64,000 bases of DNA from the human T2T-CHM13v2.0 reference genome, Homo sapiens, in assembly GCF_009914755.1 (NCBI RefSeq), contig NC_060937.1; one strand, written 5' to 3'. Below, one piece after another: positions 1 through 14,434 of the stretch. The notes under the pieces were generated by a model. The model saw only the letters and a program-made list of their open reading frames with translations. It did not search any database and was not told where the DNA came from. Each line of letters begins with the position of its first letter. Within the stretch, counting starts at the first letter, position 1. A program made the position numbers and the translations under genes.

Positions 1-158
1 AGTCCCAGCTACTCAGGAGGCTGAGACAGAAGAATTGCTTGAACCCAGGAGGCAGAGGTTGCATTTGAGCTGAGATTGTGCCACTGTACTCCAGCCTGAG
101 TGACAGAGCAAGACTCCATCTCAAAAAAAAAAAAAAAAAGAAAAAGAAAGAAAGAAAG
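1..158 (+). mobile_element. Alu right arm (cut by window edge) with A/GAAA tail
   Basis: agtcccagctactcaggaggctgag...gagactccatctc followed by poly-A. Confidence 0.95.
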
Positions 159-432
159 TATCATAAACCAGAAAGTCATTTAATACACCTAACCTACTGA
201 ACATCAGAGCTTAGCCTAACCTACCTTAAACGAGCTCAGAGCACTTACATTAGCCTACAGTTGGGCAAAATCATGTAACGTATAGCTTATTTTATAATAA
301 AGTGTTGAATATCTCATGTGATTTCCTGAATACTGTACTGAAGTACTGTTTCTACTGAATGTGTATCACTTTCACACCATCGTAAAGTCAAAAAATCGTT
401 AAGTGGAACCATTTTAAGCCAGAAACCATCTG
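159..432 (+). mobile_element. MER47A/Tigger5-family DNA transposon remnant (TcMar-Tigger)
   Basis: catttaatacacctaacctactgaacatc...cttacattagcctacagttgggcaaaatc...caccatcgtaaagtcaaaaaatcg matches the recalled MER47A consensus; related copy at 23643. Confidence 0.8.
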
Positions 433-1087
433 GATAATGGTGTGCTACTTTGCTTTTCTTTCCAACTGCATGTTCAGGGATGTCCTTTTGGTGCCTTGAA
501 ATTAGCCACATTAGGAATATTTACACCACAGAAATTGGACTGCTACCACTCAGGGTTCCTCCCTTCCCCGCAAGAGCTGTTTTATCAAGCACTTACCAGC
601 ACACCACTGCCTAGACCCATAAGTATAAAGAGAAAATAGGAACAGAGACAACAGTAGATAAAAATGTTAACAATGTTATGGAAATAAAAAAAAAAAGCAG
701 ATGAATGAGAAGCAACTAATTTAGCAGAGAAGATAAAGCTGCAACCTAAGCTCAAAGGGAGAGAAATCTGTAAGAAGCAAATCAGCTACACCACAGAATC
801 TTAGAAAAAGCAGAAATTGGTTCCCTCTGTGCAGAACATGGGTGCAGGTGGGCTGAAAACAAATGTGTTGAGAATTTGTACATGGAGCTATAAGACTCCA
901 CATTTATTTCCATCCCTATGTAGGCCTATGCACAGCTGCACTGTCACACCACTGTCCCTGCCCAGCCTCGGGAGGAAAGGTTGAATCCGAGAGGGACTGG
1001 ACTCAAGGACACCAGGCACAACCAAGACCCGGCGTGTGACACACCATAGAAACGGAATTAAAAGACACTCCGTGCTTTATCGTCATT

Positions 1088-1330
1088 GTTGTTTTGTCTT
1101 GCTGTCACCCAGGCTAAAGTACAATGGCATGATCGTGGCTCCCCGCAGCCTCAAATTCCTGAGTAGCTGGGACCATGGGAACATGCCAACATGCCCAGCT
1201 AATTTTCGTATTTTGTAGAGATGGGGTCTCACTATGTTGCCCAGGCTGGTCTTGAACTCCTGGTCTCAAGCAGACCTCCTGCCTCAGCCTCCCAAGTGGC
1301 TGGGACTCCTGAGTGAGCCACTGCACCCAA
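1088..1330 (-). mobile_element. Old Alu (AluJ-like), internally deleted
   Basis: ctgtcacccaggct...ttgcccaggctggtcttgaactcctgg...gtgagccactgcaccc. Confidence 0.9.
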
Positions 1331-2176
1331 CTGCACTCTGGATTATAGGACACCACAGCCTCCTTCCCCCTCTTAGATCCCAGAATGTTGGCAATGAGGG
1401 TTCTACCCCATGGGCAGAAGATTCGAGGATTCATCATTAGGGAAGCTGACCAGTTGGAGAAAAAAGACTTATAGAGAATGACCTAGTGGGTTCCTTAATG
1501 AAACATCCAGCTCTCCACTGAATCACCTGACAATGAGCCCATTGGTTGACAAGCTTCACTCATGCACACGTCACTTGAGTGTCAACAGTAAATCACCAGA
1601 CATTTGAAGAAAGCCTCTAACATGAAGAAAAAATATTCCTGAAGTTGAGTTCTATGCCCAGACAAGTGCAAGGGACATTTACAAGGTCTCCAAATATTTA
1701 GCTGCCATGAACCCTTTCTCAGGAAGCTACTAGAGGATGTGCTCCAACAAAACAAAGAATTAACCAAGAAAAAGATACAAGCTCTAGGAAACAGGGAATC
1801 TAACACAGGAGAGAAGGAAAAATGATTTCCAGGAGGACGCTGAAATCTGGGCTGTAACTATAGTGGACCTGAGGAGAAACCAGCCTGAGTTTGAAGCAGA
1901 AGGATAGTTCCCGGAGGACGTCTGCACAGGAAGAGAAATGCAATGGCAAGATTACTAGTGTGTTCACCACACTGAGGAGAGCTTGGGAATGAATTACTCA
2001 TAAATGCCAAAAAAAAAAAAAACCCTATGAATTAAAAAAGACAAGGCAATTATTAACTCCCGAGGAGAAAAGATATACATGAGCAGAAATGTAAACGCAG
2101 TACACTGCAGACAATATTTACATAGGCAAAATAATACAAATACTGACCAGGGATTTTATCAGAAGATGTGCTGTCC

Positions 2177-2377
2177 TGTAATTTGTAATATTCTAAAATG
2201 CACATATTTTTCCCATTTTAACATTTTGGAAATCAGAACACATTTTTTAGTCAATGTGATGAGAAAGTGTTGCATCATAGTTACTTTACTTGCACTTCTC
2301 TTCTTTTGTAGTGCCTCATAAAATAATGGCAAACCTTATAATCAAAGGCATGCATGTAAAATAGATAGAAATACAGG
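2177..2377. mobile_element. MER104-like MITE (TcMar-Tc2)
   Basis: attctaaaatgcacatatttttcccattttaacatt...cataaaataatgg...gaaatacagg with degenerate terminal inverted repeats. Confidence 0.6.
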
Positions 2378-2685
2378 AACTCTGTTCCTTAGTGAGGAAG
2401 AAGCACGTCCTGGGGGGAGGAGGAAAAAGCTACCTCTTCATCTTCCAGTAAGTCAGGAGATCATTTCTAAGCTTTAGAAAGATACAACTCTATAAGCACA
2501 TCATTTGGAATGATTGCTGCAAATACCAGGAGTCATAGACAGTGGCTGACTCTGGGCAGCAGTACCTGAAGGCAAGAATGGGGGGGCAGGAGGCTACAAG
2601 GCTATGAATTTTTACTAAAGCTTGTAAATATCTGAATTTTAAAACTATATATGTGGATTAGAAGTAAAAATAATATGTAGAAATA

Positions 2686-2995
2686 GGCCGGGCACAGTGG
2701 CTCACGCCTGTAATCCCAGCATTTTGGGAGCTGAGGAGGGCAGATAACTTGAGGCCGGGAGTTCCAGACCAGCCTGGCAAACATGGTGAAACCTATCTCT
2801 ACTAAAAATACCAAAAAAAAAAAAAAAAAAAAAATAGTGTAGTGGTGTGCGCCTGTAACCCCAGCTACTCAGGAGACTGAGACACAAGAATTGCTTGAAC
2901 CTGGGAAGTGGAGGTTGCAGTGAGTGGAGATTGCGCCACTGCATTCCAACCTGGGAGAAAGAGGGAGACTCTGTCTCAAAAAGGAAAAATAAAGG
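2686..2995 (+). mobile_element. AluS
   Basis: Full dimer with long middle A-tract; aaaaataatatgta repeated on both flanks. Confidence 0.95.
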
Positions 2996-3469
2996 GCAAA
3001 AAATAATATGTATAAACATAAAAATAATGAAATAAAGCTTTGCCATGTCAAGCGTCATCAGAGCAGAAGTTTTCAGACTAAGACAACCAGCAGGGATTTT
3101 CATGGGCTTCTCTGTCAAGACCCGCCTTGGCCAGCCCATGCTGTCATCCCCGATTGGGTTTGCAGAAGCAGGCGTCCTGGGCGACCAGGCCTCCTGGGCA
3201 ACATGTACATGGCCTCCTATGGCACCTCTTGCCTCCCATCTTAGACAATTCGCTGCCTGATTTCTCACTCCCAGGAGATTAGATAGCTAGGCTTCAGGGA
3301 AAGTGGAAACCGCAGCTCGCACAACACATTTTTCTAATGTCTTGTTACTGGGAGCCCTCAAGAATGAGAAAGGAAGCTGGCGGTTGGGCAGGTGTGGAGT
3401 TTTTTTCACTTAGACATCTGTTAGTGGTTCTGGAAGCCCACCCCTCCTGTTTTACAGACGAAGAGCTCT

Positions 3470-3660
3470 GGATTCCTGATGCAATGAGGCATTCATTCTG
3501 ACAGTGTGTTCCAGCTGCACGGCGATGGGGGCGGAAATGTACACGGTATCCTGGAACCAGAGGGTGATAAAGGGAGAGGAAGATTCCTCCTGATAAAGCA
3601 AGAACTGCTTGCTCCTCATGTCAGAATTGCACGAGTTACTGCAGGCAAAGAGGCCACCCC
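3470..3660. promoter_or_regulatory. Candidate enhancer (C/EBP-ATF composite site, E-box, ETS-like, two GATA sites)
   Basis: TGATGCAAT at 3477-3485, CAGCTG, GGCGGAAAT and two TGATAA within about 150 bp of non-repeat, CpG-retaining sequence; motif evidence only. Confidence 0.3.
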
Positions 3661-5040
3661 ACCATACACTGGGACATTTGTGCATGGCCTGGCTCTGGAT
3701 GGGAGAATTTTGCAATTCTGCAAACAAGTCTTTTGTTTGCAATTCTGCCCGGGATCTGCATGAGGCTGGCATGATTTGGAATAAGCATATAGGGAGTGCC
3801 AGGCAACCTGAGAGGCCAGCAGGACCACCGGCTGCTAACCCCACCAGGGCTGACATTCAGCTGCTGTGAAGGGCTGCAGCCACACCTTGTGCTCACATAG
3901 AAATGCTTCCACACTGGGTGGTAAGCAGCCCAGGCCCTGGCCCCTCCCCTGGAGCCCCCACACCTCCCCACCATCCTGCAACCAAACGGGGGCATATATG
4001 GCCCAGCAGGGGGCCTCCGGGAGCTGACTCTGGAGGCCCTGCGGTGACAGGTCTGATGGGTCAGGCCCGCCTGTTAAACATTTTAAATATCGCCCCCTGC
4101 AACCAGATCTATCAGCGAGTGGCCCGAAGGCCCAAATTCCAGCAGAAACCTCTCCACCTTCCTCTCCTGGCCTCCTTTCTCCCTGGCCCAGTGTTTGCCA
4201 GTTCAGAACACCAGAGAGTATCTCATCTAGTAAAATGTATTTTCCTATGAGCAAGAAGAGAAGCCCTTTTCTTATTCCCTGGGGGACCCTAGTACTCCAG
4301 CCTGCAAGGAAATGCTCCTATGTGCTCTTCCTTCTGCTTCCCTAACTTGTTTATCCTGATCCATTAGGTTAAAATGGCCAGGGAGAGCATCCTAAAAGAG
4401 GAAAATAAAGTTACTAGAGGCTGACAAGCAGCCTCCCGAACGTGTGCCGACTGCAGGAAGAGCCAGGCCTGGGCGACTTGCATATCCTAGGCTGGCTGGG
4501 GGCACCTGATACCCGAATTTTGTAACCAGGGCTGCCAGTGGCCCTCTTTACCTCTTCCTTCCTGCCTCTCAGCTGCCACTCTGAGCATCTAGACCCTGCA
4601 GAACAGAGATTCCTCAAGGTATAAAGCCCAGGCCACAGATGCCCCCGGCCCTAAGGATACACTGAACTCCTTCTATGCAGCCATAGGGAGGGGACTTGTC
4701 TTTCCCCAACATGAGAAGCTTAACTGGTCTCTTACCCTTTGGTAGAGGCAGGCCCAGGTGTGGCCAATGGAGACAAAGGGGTCCCCCAGTGTTCCTGCCT
4801 AACCTAGGGTCTTATGGGGTGGAGGTGGGGCCTTGGAACTCACCAATGTGCATGATGATCTGGCAAAATCATCCAGTCAGTTTCCTCTATCTCGATAGAA
4901 AACATTTTCCAATCTCCATATTGTAAGACTTGGGATAATTTAGCAAAGGATCTCTTTTGGTTTTGCCTTTACATGAAATCAGTGGCAGGCTGCATAGTGG
5001 AAAGTGTCCATGAAGTAAGGACCCAGAACACCATTAAACA

Positions 5041-5904
<864 letters not shown>

Positions 5905-6571
5905 TAAAGCACTGTGATAAGTAACAAATGTAATGCAGTTTGTAAAAAATGCCTTGAGAATTATAAAGTAGCCATGTAAATGTAGGAGATTCTGGTTTTT
6001 CTCTTTTATTCTAGCAAACTAGTCCCTTTAGGGGGACCCTTATGCACTGCGCAGCTTAGCAAAGCTGGTGTCTGCATGCTTAGCCTCCCTTCCATCCCAG
6101 CCCAGCCCAGCCCAGCCCACACTCCCTATTCACCCCTTCCAGATGCTCCCACTACTGCTTGGGACAGGGCCTCCCAGGGCAGCGCTGCCTCTGCAGATGT
6201 TCCTCTCCCTGATATCACTCACCATCTCTCATGGTACATGGGCCTCAGTGCACTGAGTACACCCTCATTTTGCTGCAGCCCAGCCCATGGTTTTGGGTCT
6301 GGAGGGGACAGGAGACCAGATGGCCAGGGACGGAAGCATTGATGTAAAGAACTGTGTTTGTTTAACCTGTAGAAGACGGGATATAAAGGGCCCATGGTAG
6401 AAGTTTGCAAATGCATGCTGTTACAGAAGAAAGATTAGAGGTGTTCTGCACAGCTTTATGAGGTAGAACCAGGTGGACCCTGTGCTAGGATTTAAGACGG
6501 CAGGTTTTTAAAGAAGTTTTTAAAATGATACATGCACAGAGTTAAAAAAAAAAAATTGCAATATATACACG

Positions 6572-6870
6572 CAGCCAGGCATGGTGGCTCATGCCTGTAA
6601 TCTCAGCACTTTGGGAGGCTGAACTGGGCAGATCACTTGAGCCCAGGAGTTTGAGACTAGCCTGGGCCACATGGCAAAACCTCATCTCTACAAAAACTAC
6701 AAAAATTAGCAGCATGTGGTGGCACATACTTGTGATCGCGGCTACTCGGGAGGCTGAGGTGTGAGGATCACTTGAGCACGGGGAGGTCGAGGCTGCAGTG
6801 AGCTGTGATGGCACCACTGCACTCCAGCCTAGGTGACAGAGCAAGACTCTGTCTAAAAAAAGAAAAAAAT
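6572..6870 (+). mobile_element. AluJ
   Basis: gagcccaggagtttgag and gaggtcgaggctgcagtgagc diagnostics. Confidence 0.95.
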
Positions 6871-6937
6871 ATATATATATATACACACACACACATACAT
6901 GCATATAAACACACATACGTATATACATACATGTATA
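6868..6937. repeat. (TA)n(CA)n compound microsatellite
   Basis: atatatatatatatacacacacacacatacatgcat. Confidence 0.9.
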
Positions 6938-7395
6938 AACCTAAAATTCTTCCTTCCACCCCTGAAACCAGTTACCACAGATGCCCTCAGCAGAGGCAAA
7001 CAGTTACCAATATCTTTCCATATACAACCTAAGCGTATGTTCATGTATCTCCTTTTTTTCTATCACATAAATGGAATTATTCTCTACATATTATTTAGCT
7101 AGTCTCTCTTTCTCACAAATCGACATGAATTTTAGATTTTTCCCTGTCAGTGCATGAGAATGGTTTAATTTTTTTAACAGCCTCTTGGTTTCTCATAGTA
7201 CAGATATTCCATAATTTATTTCATCAGTCCCCGGTCAAACGTTTAAATTATTTCCAGCCCTTTGCTGCAATGAATATCTTTGTACACATGTCTTTGAGCC
7301 CATGGGGACTATATCTGTAGGATAAATTGTCAGAGGTAGAATGCTGGTCAAAGGGTTTGTGCATTTTAAATTTTGATAGATATGGCCAAATTGTG

Positions 7396-7595
7396 AGTAG
7401 ATTTTAGCCTACAGTAAGAAAGAATTTTAGCAACCAAAACCACTCAAGTGGTATGTGGACGACTTTAGGAGGTTGTGAGTTTCAGAAAGGAATCAAGACC
7501 AGGCTACAAATCAACTTGTCAGAAATGCCACTGGGTATATTCAAGCACTGTAAACACACTGATCACAAAAGGCCCTTCCAACTCTGATACCCTAG
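7396..7595 (+). mobile_element. L3/MIR3-like 3' end
   Basis: aagaaagaatttt...gaggttgtgagtttc...aaggcccttccaactctga; highly diverged. Confidence 0.45.
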
Positions 7596-8149
7596 CTTCC
7601 TTTTTATTTATTTTTATGTTTTAAGTGACAAAAAAATATATATTTATCATGTACAACATGATGTTTTGAAATATGTATACTCTAGTTTCCTAATCATAGG
7701 TATCACTGTAGAGACTCAATATGTATTTATTGAATATTGTTCAGAGGTAAAGGAAGACGTCATGTCATTCCCATTGGAAGGTGTGTAGAAGGAAGTGGGT
7801 CAATGCAACACATCCCAAAAGAAGTCCTCTGGTGAAGCAGTGCTGTCATGTAAGGCACTCCGCATGGCAGGCTTGCACCACGTAGGGCCTGGGCAGGTGG
7901 TTAGGGGTACAGAGGAGTTCTTTCCTGTTCTCCCCATCATCACTCACATTGCCCATGTCTGGAACTCCACATTCAGAAATGTGCTCTTTGGCAGATGTGG
8001 CCAAATAGGGAGTGCAGTTTCTGGCCCTGAATTACCATGATTAGGTCAGCATCTTCAGCAGCAGGGCCATGGCGCCCAAGTGTGTTGTGATCCATTGTGA
8101 GGAATGCGCTTATTGCTAAAGGTAACTGAGCATCCGAGGTTTCCCAGAA

Positions 8150-8540
8150 ATGGGAAGTTCCCTACCTTACAACCCAGTTCATTTCATTCCTTGGAAAGAT
8201 CTTACATATAATGGGATAAAATCTGTTCCTCTTTAATCTGTTCCTGTTTCTTGATTTTAGGTCTTCCTTTCACAACCAGTGAATGCAAAATTGTCCTCCA
8301 TCTACATTCTAAGCCTCACAGAGCCTGAAGGCTGCAATTAGATGCCAACTTGGTCTTCTCTCCTTTGGGTTTGATCACTTCAGTTCTCTCAACCTTGCTT
8401 ATATGTCATGTTTTTCAGATATTTGCATCTTAATTGCTGCTTTTGAACCTATCCCTTCTCACTCCAAGCAGTCAAAAGTCTCTGAAAGTGTGTTGCCCAG
8501 AACTCGGCCAGGAAGGAGTAGGGTGGAATCATCTCCCTGT
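8150..8540 (-). mobile_element. L3/CR1 fragment
   Basis: cagtcaaaagtctctgaaagtgtgttgcccagaact resembles the CR1 ORF2 end also seen at 61060-61100. Confidence 0.45.
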
Positions 8541-9874
8541 TTTTCTGTGCACCTTTCTAAAATCAGCATCCCGGAGATCCCTTGCTTTGGCCTGTCAAGC
8601 AAACCCTCCCACTTTTTTGGGTAAAAGCACTGTGATTTCTCATTAGAGAGCTGTTCTTCCTTATTCTGAGAAGTCTTGGTTCTCCCTGCCCCTCCTACTC
8701 AGAGGACAGTAGCACACAGAACCCAGTTTAAGCCTTAAGATTCTGGCTTCCAGAGTCTTGAGCATTTGGAAGAAAAATGTAACAGAAAACAGTGGAACAG
8801 AGAAGTTCTGATAACCCCATTTCAGGGGTGGGGTTGTGGGGGGTGTTCTCTTTTTCCTGCAGCTTGGTTCTTCAGCATCCAACAACTATTCCATACCTTT
8901 CCAGAAAGATCCCTTTTCTGATTTAGAGTCCGTTTCAGTTTGCTTGCAACTGAAGAACCCTGACCCAGATTACCCTGTCCTGTCCCAGTCCCCATTAGGA
9001 GGTCACTGTGGACCAGACACTTCTAAATCTATTTCACACGTGTTGCCATTGAACCACACGTCCCAGTCCTGCACTTGGAAAGCTGATCTGGGACAAGAAC
9101 ACAGCCTTTGTTTTGGGCTATCCCAGTCATGTCCCAAATTTATGACTGGGGATCATGGATCCCTCTTCTTAGTTCACATCCATTGGTTTCCTGTCACCTA
9201 TTGGGCAACTTGCCATCGAGCTGTCCCATCAAGTCACTGCCAAAAGTGTTGAGCTAATTACAGCTCATGGGTATCGGCTACTTCTGTCAGTGTGCCACCC
9301 TCCAAGGCAGGGAAGTCAGCGTTCACAGAGCTTATCTAACTGGCCAATAAGGGATGGAGCCAAGTCAAACCCAAGTCTGTCAGCCCCAAAGCCAGGGCAT
9401 TGGAAGGAGAAATCCTCTAAGGAGTCCCTGCCCACAAGAGACCTAGGGGGGAGGTTGCATCTTACATGGTTCCTGAAGACCTGGGAACAAAGGGGGTTGA
9501 GGAACCATATGAAGCCAGTGCCTGGATGCAAAAGGCCCAATCTCAGACTCCATGTGCTAATTAACAGAGCAGTAGAGCTCAAGTGTTGAGGTGGGAGACA
9601 GGATGGCAGAGGAGAAGAGGCACAAGATTTCCAGCAAGACAAAGACCTGGGTTTGGAAGGATCCTCCAACCTAGGCTTCATTCAGCATCCTGGGTATTGA
9701 CATTGATATACTGATGCACCGTCAGCATCTCTCAGATTCAGAGGTCGCGGGAAAGATGCCCTGCCTTCTCACGGTGCCCCTCACCCCACCTGATCTCTCC
9801 TCAGTCCCCTGCTTTGCTCCAATAAGGATGTATTTTAGGGTAGGGAATTAACAACTTAAGAAATCCCATGTGTG

Positions 9875-10196
<322 letters not shown>

Positions 10197-10862
10197 AATT
10201 TGATGTGTCCAGAGAAAATGCAAACATTGTGGGATAATGGAAATTATAATAAAATAAATTTAAATGTTGCTTTTGTTGAAAATTTTTTTCTCACCCTGAT
10301 TTGGTAGTTTAAGATTCTAATTTTACAACCTTGGTCACTGGGAGAACCTTGACTGATTCCTATCATTTTAAACAGACTTTTATAGTCACAGCATCTAGAG
10401 AGAGTACATTTCCTCCTCTTTTTCAACATATCACATTTCTTGGCAGAAATAGCTAGCAGAAAGCACCAAAATGTTTATAATGAGGATAAAATCAAAATTT
10501 CGCACATCAGATTTCTCTTTTAGATTATTTCTTCCTGTTAAATCTTTCCCTATTTTAACTTTATTTTAGTGGCTAACAATTTAACATTTATTTTGACACT
10601 GTTCAATCATCTTATAGGATTTTAGTGTCAAAGGACATTGGCTCTGGGGTTAAAAGTTTCTAAACTGAAAGGACTTTGCCAGCATAATCACGAAGAAGCT
10701 TGGCTGGGTTTAGGCGGTTGTCCTCTCCCACTTGAATTCCGAGGGTGAACTACAGAATGGCCTTCCTGCTTTCTCAGCCTCCACTTAACTTGACTTCTCT
10801 CTATGATTTTCCTTTTTAAAACTGTACACTGTGCTCTTGATTCTGATGTAAAGGTAGTTTGT

Positions 10863-11135
10863 AGGCCAGACTCAGTGTCTCATGTCTGCAATCCCAGTTG
10901 TTTGGGAGGCTGAGGTGAGCCTCAAGACCAGCTTGAGCAATATAGTGAGACCCTCGTCTCTACAAAATAAATTTTAAAAATTAGCCAGGCATGGTGGTGC
11001 ATGCCTGTAGTCCCAGCCGCTTGAGAGACTGAGGTTGGAGGATTGCTTGAGCCCAGGAAGTTGAGGTTGCAGTGAGCTTGGGCAACACCAGGGCAACAGA
11101 GCAAGACCCTGTCTCAAAAAAAAAAAAAAAAAAAA
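10863..11135 (+). mobile_element. AluJ with internal deletions
   Basis: Alu dimer remnants; TSD aa(g/a)gtag(t/c)ttgt. Confidence 0.9.
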
Positions 11136-11269
11136 AGTAGCTTGTGGTGGCCATTAGGAGTAAAGATCAAGTTCAAGTTCAAATCAAAAGTATGATAAGA
11201 CTCACAGCAGGAGCCACAGGAAGAGCCTTTATTTAACCCCCAGCCCAGGCCAGGATGCCCAAGTGACCT

Positions 11270-11770
11270 TTGCCACGTTCAGCTGAGTCACCAGGGTCCC
11301 CAAATCTTTTGCATTTTGCCCTAAAACTGCTTTCCCATCTGTGCTCTCAGTGACTAACTCCATCATGAATGTGACCCAATTTGTTCGGCAAGATGTGATT
11401 TTTTTTCTTTTTTTTTTTTAAACTCATGCTGCTTTTACTGGTCACGATTCTCTCTCAGGCATTTAGCGACTCCATTTCGGCACCCGCCCGGCCCTGCTGC
11501 TGAGCTGGATTGATAGTTTTCTCCCCAGCTGTTCCCTTCCAGCCCGCCCTCCTCTCCCTGGCAAATCCATATTCCATTTGCTTTTCTGCAGCATTTTGAT
11601 ATCTCCAGAGTCTCCTTAAAATAGATAAACACTAACCTCTGAGACAAGTGGTGAGGCAGAGCCCAGACTCGCATCAGCTTAACAATCTGCTCCAGGAGGC
11701 GGCTGGATGGAAAGAATAACGATAGGAGTGATCCGCTTATCGAGGCTTTTTGTCATTTACAAAGCGCTTT
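11270..11770. promoter_or_regulatory. Candidate enhancer (ARE/AP-1, GC boxes, local CpG retention)
   Basis: GCTGAGTCAC at 11282-11291; two cccgccc; many CpGs in non-repeat sequence. Confidence 0.3.
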
Positions 11771-11814
11771 TGCTTGCATGATCGTATTGAGTATAAGCAT
11801 GGGTATAAGCACTA

Positions 11815-11905
11815 CTTCCATTTAATAGAAAAAGAAACTGAGTCTCAAAGAGGTGAGGAACTTCTCTAGATGGTAAATAAGAGGCAGGGCCAGGACTGGA
11901 ATCTG
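11815..11905 (-). mobile_element. MIR
   Basis: ccattt...aagaaactgagtctcaaagaggtgaggaactt core. Confidence 0.65.
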
Positions 11906-12767
11906 TCCTTTTAAAAACTGCTGTATAATTTACATTCAATAAGACACAGACCTTCAGTATTCAGTCTGATCAATTTTGACAAAGGGATGCACTTTGTGTA
12001 ACTACCACCCCAAAAGGGGAAAGATGTTTCCATCACTCAGAACGTCTCCTTGTGCCCTTTCTCAGTAAACCCCCGGCCCCTTCTGACTTTGACACAAAAG
12101 ATTCATTTTGCCTTCAACATAAGTCTGACTCCAAACTTCTGTATTTGAAATTCCATCCTTTTTCTCCTACACCATGCTGTGTCTTTGGAATTAACAAAAT
12201 GGGCACCATGGGTCCCACCTGGCTGGAATCTATAGATATACGACTTTAGGAGGCCAGGCCATGGTCTTTTAGCTGAAAAACTAGGTCAGCTGGTGGAGTG
12301 GACCTCGAAGCTTTCAGTTTTTGGAATGTTTGGAGAGCAATTCCAAAAATACACACAGGCCCAAGCCCTATCTCTAGAGTGCACCTTGAAGCTGAACTCA
12401 CCACTCTCCAGCCTCAATAGCACCTCTATGTGCAGACGGTCACTTAAGGGAAATTGGTATAAGGCTGAAAGAGGAGTCAGAATTCAGCTTTGAGGCAAAG
12501 AACACAAGACTCCAGTCCCACACGTCTAGAGCCTTCCCACCTACCTTAAACTGCCACCGCAGGGATCTGGGGTAGTTGCAGGCAACACCCTCCATTCTCA
12601 CATCAGAAAATTCTCTTTTGTGGACTTTTCATGCCCATCAGGCAGCGTAATCTGACAATGGAGAACTTTGCAACTGAAGGCCTCCATTTCAGTGGAAAAG
12701 AAGAAAGAAGCAAAATCATGAAAGCCCACTCCATTACTTCCAAGGCTACGCAGTAAAGGGAACTAAC

Positions 12768-12778
12768 TGCTGAGTCAC
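12768..12778 (-). promoter_or_regulatory. Consensus NRF2/NF-E2/BACH-sMAF element (GTGACTCAGCA)
   Basis: tgctgagtcac seen directly in non-repeat DNA; binding not shown. Confidence 0.4.
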
Positions 12779-13729
12779 CGTGGGCCTCATTCCTATCAGG
12801 CTTCCATTAAGGAAGGGAGACATAACACAATCAGCCTTATCTGTTTATCTGGCCAGTTTTATGCCAAACTCCTTGTTCAGTCCAGCAGGTTAACTGATTC
12901 CTCTTGGATTTTGTTTATATGCAGTGACATGCCAGTAAATTACCAGCTGATTCTCAGGGAAGGGGAAAAAAAGCCCCCATGTGTAGTATTTGGATATTTC
13001 TGTGGTTTCACTGAAGGCGGATTTGAGAGTGTGCCTCTGCAACCTGGCTCTAGCACACTTCCAACTTACAATAATACCTTTAATTTATTCAGCACACCCC
13101 TACCTGAGAGGCGACACAGTGATCTATGGGGTGGAGATTTGAGTGCCCTATCCCCTCTGCATGCTCTCCCAAAGCCATTTTCTCCCCCCAAAAAATGGGG
13201 CGCTGCACACTCAAGAGTTTGCAAGGGCCTCCTCTCCCATATTGGAATCTCCAAATAAACCTTCAAAGTTATTTGGAAGTGTAGAATAAACATAAGAGAG
13301 CCCGAGATAAATTCCCACAAACCCCCAATCCAGAGGGGCTGAGTCGCCAGCCTCCACCGTTCTTTACTGGCCTCCATCAATGGCCAGCCTGTAAAAGTTT
13401 TTAGAATATCCCTAAACCTTCAGTTTTCTTTCTTGTTTGGTTTTGTTTTTCTCTTTAGAAGACTAATTGCAGAAAAGCCCAAGAATGCACTCATTTCCTG
13501 CTCCCGGATGAGCATCAGCAGCCATGCAGAGAGGAAAGGAATGGCAGGAAGAGGCTCCAGCTGAAAACACCATTGAAGCCAGGAGTGAGCGCTAGGGTCC
13601 GTAAATATCGAGAGGCTGCCACGCTGCCAATCATACTCCTCCTCTTTAAGGCCACAAGCGTAGGAGGAAAGATGAATGCCAATGTGCAGGCTCAGAAAAT
13701 GATTTGTGTGGTGGAAAGATTGTTTTTCC

Positions 13730-13945
13730 TTTTTTAAAAAATTTAATTTTTAAATTTATGATTGACATGATTGCACATACTTATGGGGTACAATGTGATG
13801 TTTCAGTACAAGTGTACATTGTGTAATGATCGAATCAAGGTAATTAACACATCCAGCACCTTAAACATTTATTATTTCTTTGGGATGAGAACATTCAAAA
13901 CCCTCTCTTCTAGCGATTTTGCAATCTGTAATACATTATCATTAC
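13730..13945 (-). mobile_element. L1MA 3' end
   Basis: ttatggggtacaatgtgatgtttcagtacaagtgtacattgtgtaatgatcgaatcaagg...gagaacattcaaaaccctctcttctag. Confidence 0.85.
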
Positions 13946-14434
13946 CTCCAGCCATCCTTTTCCATTTTCATCAACGTGACTGTGTTGGGTCAGGCTGGCA
14001 GCAGGGCTCCTTGCTCTGCCGGCATTTACAGCACCACACTGTTCTCTTTGGCCACCTTAATTAGCACTCTCTCATCATGTGCCTTTGCTCCTTCTTCCCT
14101 CCAGAATGTGACCTGATTCTGCATGACCTCTCCCAATCTCGTCTTCATTTCCTGTCCCAACACATCCTTGCTCTTGACATTCTGCTCTGGGTTTTCTTTT
14201 CTGCTCCACACATTTCTTTGGCAGGAGCTTTGGCTTTACATTTATAAGCCTTCTGATGACTGTAGATATTCAAATAATTATCCAAGCTTCCTGTCTCTCT
14301 TGTTCAGTACGGTCTCTTTTGTGTGATGCATTCATTAAAACCCTCTGACAGACACTTTGCCCACTGTTATGGAGGGGTTCAAAGATATCCAAGAAGAGGT
14401 CCCTGCCCTCAGAGATTTTGTAGTCTAGCAGAGG

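Larger units (their letters stand above)
620..2680 (+). mobile_element. HAL1 (half-L1) fossil, internally deleted, interrupted by Alu and MER104
   Basis: atcaccagacatttgaagaaagcctctaacatg, ccctttctcaggaagctactagaggatgtgctcc and ggaaacagggaatctaacacaggagaga match recalled HAL1; outer boundaries uncertain. Confidence 0.7.
6505..7395 (-). mobile_element. L1ME-type 3' fragment, interrupted by Alu and a (TA)n(CA)n tract
   Basis: gctgcaatgaatatctttgtacacatgtcttt...gtaggataaatt...gctggtcaaagggt...ttttgatagatatggccaaattg. Confidence 0.75.

Noticed and set aside
1171-1200. p53-like CATG repeats in an Alu (gaacatgccaacatgccc)
   Set aside because: The CATG cores are 8 bp apart, so the decamers overlap and do not form a canonical site.
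3452-4254. Cluster of overlapping 70-139 aa ORFs with exon-like composition
   Set aside because: No recognisable protein family, no consistent acceptor/donor pair and no partner exons; better explained as GC-rich regulatory DNA.
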